Origin: Candidatus Saccharimonadota bacterium | GTDB lineage: Bacteria; Patescibacteriota; Gracilibacteria; UBA4473 | DNA length: 32,000 nt | Direction of reading: 5' to 3' | NCBI GenBank assembly: GCA_030429505.1 | Contig: JAUIFI010000001.1 | Location: forward strand, 390,001 to 422,000 | Part shown: positions 26,083 to 32,000 of the stretch, one piece after another | Layout: each line of letters begins with the position of its first letter | Numbering within the stretch: the stretch's first letter is position 1 | Position numbers and translations under genes: made by a program | The notes under the pieces: model-generated | What the model was told of the DNA's origin: nothing | Databases searched by the model: none | The model's input: only the letters and a program-made list of their open reading frames with translations

Positions 26083-27313
26083 AACTGAAAAAAACTTAAA
26101 AAACGCAATCATTGCCGCTGATGTCCCCGCTATCATCGAAGCGGTTATGCAAATTTCTCTCGAAAAAAGAGCATCAGATATCCATATAGAACCTCACAAA
26201 AGTTTGGTCCAAGTTCGTCTTAGAGTTGATGGTGATTTACAAATACTTGTTGAATATCCCTTGAGCCTTCACCCAGGAATAGTTTCTCGAGTCAAGATAA
26301 TGTCAAATCTAAAAATAGATGAATCAAGAATTCCACAAGATGGAAGAATAACTACTTTTGTAGGAAAGACAGAAGTTGATCTTCGAGTATCTACTCTTCC
26401 CACTCCCAATGGAGAAAAAGTAGTTATGAGAGTCCTCGATAAATCAAAAAAAATACCCGAAATCAAGTCACTTGGGATTGTTGGAGAAAATTATGAAAGG
26501 ATCATGAAAGCTCTCAAACAACCCAACGGGATCATACTTACCACAGGACCAACTGGATCGGGAAAAACCACCACTCTATACTCAGCACTAAGTTTTTTAA
26601 ACGCAACAGAAAAAAACATCCTCACCTTTGAAGATCCTATTGAAAATCAAATGGAAGGACTCAATCAAAGCCAGATGAGACCCGACATTGGGTACGCCTT
26701 TGCTACAGGTCTAAGAACCGCTCTCCGTCAAGACCCAGACATTATAATGGTAGGAGAGATACGAGATAAGGAAACAATTGATATTGCAATTGAAGCGAGC
26801 CTTACTGGACATCTAGTCCTCTCTACTATTCATACTAATTCAGCCGTTGATACCATCACTCGTATACTCAATATGAAAGTACCTGACTTTCTACTCAGTG
26901 CTTCAGTTAATCTCATTATAGCCCAAAGGCTTGCAAAAAAACTTTGTCCTGATTGCCGTCAACCCCATCCACCGAGCCAAAATGCTCTCAAAAGAATTCA
27001 GGAAGCCTTCACCATAGTTCCAGAATATGAAGGTTTCGATCTTTCAATTCTTAATGATCCAGTCATGTACATGCCCAGTGAACACGGCTGTCAATCTTGC
27101 CAAGGATTAGGATATAAAGGACGAATCGGAATTTTTGAAGTTCTTTTTATGAGCTTAGGAATAAAAGATGCTATAATGAAAGGGAACACAGCTACACAAA
27201 TTCAAGAAATTGCACAAAAAGAAGGTATGGTAACCCTTGAACAAGATGGTCTTATAAAAGCTCTCAAAGGAGATACATCCTTTGAAGAAGTTTACAAACT
27301 TGTTAAAAATTAA
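26075..27313 (+). CDS. pilB: Type IV pilus / T2SS-family assembly ATPase (PilB/GspE-like, short form)
   Basis: ASDIHIEP, Walker A GPTGSGKTTT, Asp box, Walker B IIMVGEIRD, His box LTGHLVLSTIHTN, and tetracysteine CPDC..CQSC. At 412 aa it lacks the long N-terminal domains of classical PilB. Confidence 0.93.
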   Translation: MNETEKNLKNAIIAADVPAIIEAVMQISLEKRASDIHIEPHKSLVQVRLRVDGDLQILVEYPLSLHPGIVSRVKIMSNLKIDESRIPQDGRITTFVGKTEVDLRVSTLPTPNGEKVVMRVLDKSKKIPEIKSLGIVGENYERIMKALKQPNGIILTTGPTGSGKTTTLYSALSFLNATEKNILTFEDPIENQMEGLNQSQMRPDIGYAFATGLRTALRQDPDIIMVGEIRDKETIDIAIEASLTGHLVLSTIHTNSAVDTITRILNMKVPDFLLSASVNLIIAQRLAKKLCPDCRQPHPPSQNALKRIQEAFTIVPEYEGFDLSILNDPVMYMPSEHGCQSCQGLGYKGRIGIFEVLFMSLGIKDAIMKGNTATQIQEIAQKEGMVTLEQDGLIKALKGDTSFEEVYKLVKN

Positions 27314-27319
27314 TCTCCC

Positions 27320-28531
27320 ATGAGAATACCTCAAAACATAAACAAACAACCTCAAGAAGATGGAGAATTCAATGAAATTGTTCTCGACATCAAAGCAGAG
27401 AAAAAACAAAAACAAAAACAAAGAGAGCAAGGAAAAATAAATAATGCTCTCGACCTGTTTCGATACATCAACGACTGGCTGATTGACCAAAGTAAAATTA
27501 AACTTGAAGACAAACTCATATTCTTTCGATTATTAGGCGCTTGTGTAAATGCTGGCGTAAGTATTCCAGAAGCACTTATGATGATCAAAGACCAAACCAA
27601 AAATCAAAAATTACAACGCGTCATTCAAAACTTATTTGATCTTATCGAAGACGGAGAAAATCTAGCCAATGCTATGAGAAGAAACTCCGATATATTTGAT
27701 GAAATATCATCCTCCATTATTGCAGCTGGTGAAAAATCAGGAAAACTAAGTGCTGTCATTAGCGAACTTGTTCAACAGTACGAACGAATTGATAGAATTC
27801 AAAAAAAAGTAAAATCTGTCATGACTTATCCCATAATAGTCATAAGCATTATCATTCTATTAACAGCAGTAGTTCTTATATTCATAGTACCGAAACTAAT
27901 TGAAATATTCGGAAGCATTGAAAATCTGCCTCTTCCAACTCGAATTCTCCAAGGTATGAGTAATTTTGTCATCCACAAGTGGGAGATACTTTTGATACTT
28001 ATTGTAGTTGTACTCAGCAGCTTTATGTATTGGAAAAAATCAAGAATCGGGAAAAGACAATGGGCCAACTTTATCCTTCATACACCTGTCATTAGTCCTA
28101 TCATCAAAGGCATGGTTATCTCTAGAATAACAAGAGTATTTGGTTTTCTCATAACCTCAGGTGTTCCGATTATCGACGGACTAAAAATAACTGCTGCCAC
28201 CGCTAATAACCCTCTCTACGAAGAAAAGCTCTTACTTGCCTCTGATGATCTTACAAAAGGAATCACCATTGCCGAAAACATCTCTGACAACGAAAAAATG
28301 TTTCCAAAAATGCTTGTCAACATGGTATCCGTCGGAGAAAAAACAGCTTCACTTGAGGTTATCATGAGTAAAATTGCCGACTTTTACGAAGAAGAAATAG
28401 ACCGAAAGATCGGCACTCTATCCAAAGCGATAGAACCAATTATATTGATATTTATAGCACTAGCTGCCGTATTTTTCATTATGGCCATATATCTACCTAT
28501 TCTTAAAATCAACGACGCTATTATTGGTTAA
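27320..28531 (+). CDS. pilC: Type IV pilus platform protein PilC/GspF family
   Basis: Two T2SSF repeats (FFRLLGACVNAGVSIPEAL...; RVFGFLITSGVPIIDGL...) and three TM segments. Typical length of 403 aa. Confidence 0.93.
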   Translation: MRIPQNINKQPQEDGEFNEIVLDIKAEKKQKQKQREQGKINNALDLFRYINDWLIDQSKIKLEDKLIFFRLLGACVNAGVSIPEALMMIKDQTKNQKLQRVIQNLFDLIEDGENLANAMRRNSDIFDEISSSIIAAGEKSGKLSAVISELVQQYERIDRIQKKVKSVMTYPIIVISIIILLTAVVLIFIVPKLIEIFGSIENLPLPTRILQGMSNFVIHKWEILLILIVVVLSSFMYWKKSRIGKRQWANFILHTPVISPIIKGMVISRITRVFGFLITSGVPIIDGLKITAATANNPLYEEKLLLASDDLTKGITIAENISDNEKMFPKMLVNMVSVGEKTASLEVIMSKIADFYEEEIDRKIGTLSKAIEPIILIFIALAAVFFIMAIYLPILKINDAIIG

Positions 28532-28532
28532 G

Positions 28533-28560
28533 TTGAAAAACCCTCCTGTCCCGTTAAAAT
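28533..28560 (+). promoter_or_regulatory. Putative dedA promoter (TTGAAA-16-TAAAAT), 12 nt from the ATG
   Basis: TTGAAA 28533-28538, TAAAAT 28555-28560, ATG 28573. Confidence 0.4.
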
Positions 28561-28572
28561 GCAGCCATACAC

Positions 28573-29181
28573 ATGGAAGATTTTTTACTTGAATATGGTT
28601 TGTATGCATTCATAGGCATACTCTTTCTCGATGATCTAGGATTTCCACTTCCAGCGAGTACAGTCCTATTTGCATCTTCAGTTTATGCCCATAGTCACAA
28701 TGAATTCGACATTACCTCTATGCTCATAACAGCAATTATTATTCCTCCTATTTCGAATCAAATTATGTTTCTTTTAGGAAAACATGGTGGCAAACGATGG
28801 TTAGAAACACATGGCTATAAAGTCTTTCTTCCAGAAAGACGGATGAAAAAAGCAAAAGAGTTTCTTAAAAGATATGGTGAAAAAATAATATTTCTCTTAT
28901 CTTGTGCCACCAGCGTCAGACCATTTAGTGCGCTGATCGCTGGATCACTCAGTATGAATCATTTAAGATTTACCATCTTCAATATTCTGGGAGTTTTTGT
29001 ATGGGCTGTCGCTAACGTCAGTGCTGGATATATACTGGGAGAAAAAATCTGGACATTTCTCAGGGGTTACTGGTACTTCCCCGTTCTCGCAATAATTATC
29101 TACAGCCTAATCCACATTCTATACCTTTTTATTAAACGAAAAAAAATACAACTTGAAAAAAAAAATCATGAAAAACATTGA
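28573..29181 (+). CDS. dedA: DedA/VTT-family membrane protein
   Basis: LEYGLYAFIGILFLDDLGFPLPASTVLFASSVYA and downstream TM helices are typical of the DedA family. Confidence 0.85.
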   Translation: MEDFLLEYGLYAFIGILFLDDLGFPLPASTVLFASSVYAHSHNEFDITSMLITAIIIPPISNQIMFLLGKHGGKRWLETHGYKVFLPERRMKKAKEFLKRYGEKIIFLLSCATSVRPFSALIAGSLSMNHLRFTIFNILGVFVWAVANVSAGYILGEKIWTFLRGYWYFPVLAIIIYSLIHILYLFIKRKKIQLEKKNHEKH

Positions 29182-30277
29182 TAAAGGTCTTTTTTCCGCC
29201 GCGCTAATTTTAACCATCTTTGGACTCATTATGATTAGCTCAATATCAATTGCTGGAAGCTTCGATGTTACCGGAAAAAACGACTTCTACTTCTGGCGAC
29301 ACTTTTGGTATATCATTGTTGGCATCCCCATTTTTCTTATCAGCCTCAAATTTCCTATACAAAACCTCAAAAAACTCTCCCCTTTCCTCTTTATAGGATC
29401 AATCGCTATTTTGATCTTAACCCTAGTAATTGGAGAAAGTTACGGAACCGCTGCTAAGCTCTGGCTTAGACTTGGTCCGATCTCCTTTCAGCCAGTAGAA
29501 ATAGTTAAACTAGCCGTCATAATCTTTCTTTCTGCATTGTTTTCAAGTGGAAAAAACAATTCTTATACACTCCAAGGAGGTTTTATACCATTTTCTATTA
29601 TTCTTGGCATACCAGCAATCCTACTAATCATACAATCAGACTTTGGATCACTTCTTGTTTTAGTCCTTAGTGCAGCTGCAGTATATTTTGCTGCTGGAGC
29701 TAACTTCAAACACTTTTTTGGAGGAATAGGATTATGCACTATCGCCGCAAGCATATTTACGATCACTACTCCCTACATACTTCACCGAGTCAAAGTCTTC
29801 TTCAATCCCGATCTTGATCCTCTCAATACAGGATTTCAAGTCAAGCAAGCCCTCATTGCAATAGGTTCAGGAGGCTTTTTTGGAAGAGGGTTTCAAAACT
29901 CCATTCAAAAATTTGACTATCTACCGGAAGTTCAATCAGACACTATATTCGCAGCCATTTCAGAAGAAATGGGATTCATAAGAGTCATTGTATTAATCGG
30001 TCTCTACCTTTTCATAGCCTATCGAGGATTTTCTATCGCCCAAAATACATCAGAAAATTTTTCCCGTTATCTCGCTGTCGGTATTACGACATGGTTCATC
30101 GGACAAGCATTCATCAATATTGGAGTAAACCTTGCTCTCCTTCCTAATACCGGAATTACACTTCCACTCCTATCGTATGGAGGAACATCACTGATAATGA
30201 CTTTTGTGTCACTCGCTATATTGCTCCATATTTCAGGGGAAATTCAGCCTAAGAAATCTCGTCGCTACCAGTGGTAA
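29168..30277 (+). CDS. ftsW: SEDS-family peptidoglycan polymerase FtsW/RodA
   Basis: About 10 TM helices; GESYGTAAKLWLRLGPISFQPVEIVKL, SDFGS, LPEVQSDTIFAAISEEMGF, and LPNTGITLPLLSYGGTS. Followed by murG as in dcw clusters. The track start is TTG 29153; I prefer ATG 29168. Confidence 0.9.
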   Translation: MKNIDKGLFSAALILTIFGLIMISSISIAGSFDVTGKNDFYFWRHFWYIIVGIPIFLISLKFPIQNLKKLSPFLFIGSIAILILTLVIGESYGTAAKLWLRLGPISFQPVEIVKLAVIIFLSALFSSGKNNSYTLQGGFIPFSIILGIPAILLIIQSDFGSLLVLVLSAAAVYFAAGANFKHFFGGIGLCTIAASIFTITTPYILHRVKVFFNPDLDPLNTGFQVKQALIAIGSGGFFGRGFQNSIQKFDYLPEVQSDTIFAAISEEMGFIRVIVLIGLYLFIAYRGFSIAQNTSENFSRYLAVGITTWFIGQAFINIGVNLALLPNTGITLPLLSYGGTSLIMTFVSLAILLHISGEIQPKKSRRYQW

Positions 30278-30298
30278 ATTGACTAAATCGAAAATTCA

Positions 30299-31327
30299 AT
30301 GAACATAAAAAAAAGAGTTTTACTTATCGGTGGTGGTACTGGTGGACACATTTTACCACTCAAAAATCTAACTACAGAGCTGATAAAGAAAGGAGCCGAT
30401 GTAGAAATAGTCGTTGCAGATAACCCGCTAGATCACACTATCATTACGGAAAATTTCCCAGGCATAACCACTCACTTTCTCCGCACCGGAAAAATTCGTC
30501 GCTACCTCTCACTACAAAACATTATCGATAGCTTCCGCATAGCCAGCAGTGTATTCACCGCACGAAAAATACTAAAGACATTACAGCCTGATGTACTTTT
30601 TTTCAAAGGAGGATTTGTCGGATTTCCCTTTTTAATAGCCATAAAATATCTCATGAATTTTCAAGGGAAAATATTTTCTCATGAGTCAGACATATCCTCA
30701 GGAGCACTTACCAAAATGCTAAGTAAACACGCTGATGAAGTTTTTCAAAGTTTTTCCCTCACAAACCCCATGCCACTCTTCTACACTCCTGAAAAAGTTA
30801 TTAAAACATCTTCATCCCAAAAGAAATCGCCCCTTCCCAAAATATTCATCACCGGAGGCTCACAAGGCGCTGAATTTATCAATCAATTAATAATACAAAG
30901 TATTGACAAAGTAATCGAAAAATACAATATAACCCTCATCACCGGACCTAATAAAAAAATAAAATTCTCCCACAAAAATTTCAAACAATACGAATTTTTA
31001 CCAGCCATAAACATTTCACAAAAAATATTAGAATCAGATCTCATTATTGCTCGTGGTGGAGCAACCTCTCTTTTCGAAATCATAGCAAGCCGCAAACCTA
31101 GCATTATTATCCCCCTCCCTTCCGTCGCCCGAAACCATCAAATGCTCAATGCTCAATTCTTTGCGAAACAAGATTTGTGTAAAATCTTAGAACAAAATCA
31201 TCAGACAAAAACAAAACTTCTCTCACTCATAGAAAAAACTCTCCACAACAAAACCATGAAAAAAAATCTCGCAAAATCAAACATAAAAAACAACGCAAAT
31301 ATCATTGCTCAAAAAATAATGAAATAA
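30299..31327 (+). CDS. murG: UDP-GlcNAc:lipid I N-acetylglucosaminyltransferase MurG
   Basis: GGGTGGHILPL N-terminal G-loop, ITGGSQGA, and ARGGATSLFEI. Confidence 0.9.
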   Translation: MNIKKRVLLIGGGTGGHILPLKNLTTELIKKGADVEIVVADNPLDHTIITENFPGITTHFLRTGKIRRYLSLQNIIDSFRIASSVFTARKILKTLQPDVLFFKGGFVGFPFLIAIKYLMNFQGKIFSHESDISSGALTKMLSKHADEVFQSFSLTNPMPLFYTPEKVIKTSSSQKKSPLPKIFITGGSQGAEFINQLIIQSIDKVIEKYNITLITGPNKKIKFSHKNFKQYEFLPAINISQKILESDLIIARGGATSLFEIIASRKPSIIIPLPSVARNHQMLNAQFFAKQDLCKILEQNHQTKTKLLSLIEKTLHNKTMKKNLAKSNIKNNANIIAQKIMK

Positions 31328-31332
31328 GAATA

Positions 31333-31360
31333 TTTACAACCCCCTCCAAATACCTACAAT
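31333..31360 (+). promoter_or_regulatory. Putative dnaX promoter (TTTACA-16-TACAAT)
   Basis: TTTACA 31333-31338 and TACAAT 31355-31360, 40 nt upstream of ATG 31401. Confidence 0.35.
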
Positions 31361-31400
31361 CAAAACACATTATTAGCCATTAACTGTTAACTTATTTTTC

Positions 31401-32000
31401 ATGTCCGCTTTGTTCCTCAAATATCGACCTCAAACCTTCGAAGACATTGTTGGACAAACATCAGTAATGAAAACGTTACAAAACGCTCTTAAAAAGAAAA
31501 CGCCTGCTCATGCCTATCTCTTCTCCGGTAGTCGAGGAACTGGAAAGACTTCCGCTGCTCGTATCTTCGCCAAAGGCTTAGTATGCCAAGATATAACCGA
31601 TACAAAAAAACAACAAGAACTTTGTGATCAAATCACCCGAGGACAACTCGTCGACGTCATCGAAATCGATGGCGCTTCAAATCGGGGAATTGATGAGATT
31701 CGAGAATTAAGAGAAAAAATCATGTTCTCACCCAATGTCGCAGATAAGAAAATCTATATCATCGACGAAGTTCACATGCTCACCACCCCAGCCTTCAATG
31801 CATTGCTTAAAACCTTAGAAGAACCCCCATCTCACGCCTATTTTATCCTCGCTACCACCGAAATAGAAAAACTCCCTGACACCATCATATCTCGATGTCA
31901 AACCTTTATCTTTGGTCGATTCTCCATTGATCAGCTTGTAGAAAGGTTATCCTTTATCTGCCAAGAAGAAAAATTCACTGCCGAAGACAAAGCCCTTCAC
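31401..32000 (+). CDS. dnaX: DNA polymerase III subunit gamma/tau, N-terminal 200 codons (3' end outside window)
   Basis: LKYRPQTFEDIVGQ, Walker A GSRGTGKTS, DVIEIDGASNRGIDEIRELREK, Walker B IYIIDEVHML, sensor-1 FILATTE, and SRC motif IISRCQ. Confidence 0.93.
   Translation, partial: MSALFLKYRPQTFEDIVGQTSVMKTLQNALKKKTPAHAYLFSGSRGTGKTSAARIFAKGLVCQDITDTKKQQELCDQITRGQLVDVIEIDGASNRGIDEIRELREKIMFSPNVADKKIYIIDEVHMLTTPAFNALLKTLEEPPSHAYFILATTEIEKLPDTIISRCQTFIFGRFSIDQLVERLSFICQEEKFTAEDKALH

Overview
This is an AT-rich, very gene-dense bacterial chromosome segment. I count about 32 protein-coding genes and one tRNA. I saw no rRNA, CRISPR array, transposase or integrase. All housekeeping genes are intact under the standard genetic code.

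Recognisable backbone: V/A-type ATPase subunit D (3' end only), clpP, an RNHCP-domain protein, a TagA/WecG-type glycosyltransferase, ligA, secD, secF, ung, miaA, tRNA-Arg(CCU), hpf, a type IV pilus assembly block (PilN/PilO-like proteins, pilB, pilC), dedA, ftsW, murG and dnaX (5' part).

Three blocks have no clear family assignment and are the best candidates for an undescribed system:
1. 3241-9890 (minus strand) is a promoter-headed module of 64-aa, 1086-aa, 138-aa and 909-aa genes. The 1086-aa protein carries an N-terminal lytic-transglycosylase (SLT) head, and no protein in the module has a secretion signal.
2. 20077-24019 is an operon starting just after the tRNA. It encodes a small coiled-coil protein, two tandem vWA-like proteins (one with an intact MIDAS motif, one degenerate) and a Wzz-like two-TM protein. 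It sits directly upstream of the pilus genes.
3. 12.1-14.1 kb is an islet of separately terminated genes. Two of them carry the only Shine-Dalgarno sites I could find upstream of a credible gene start in the window. It encodes Cys-rich proteins and an unlisted 57-aa Arg-rich ORF.

Two unusual domain architectures also stand out. SecD has a complete parvulin (PpiC-type) PPIase module inside its periplasmic domain. A pore-less voltage-sensor domain is fused to a bacterial PH (bPH_2) domain.

The near absence of SD sequences, the -10 boxes abutting start codons, the tiny spacers and the pilus genes fit a reduced-genome uncultivated lineage (CPR/Patescibacteria-like). That placement is inference only. 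All domain calls are by-eye motif recognition; no database search was run.
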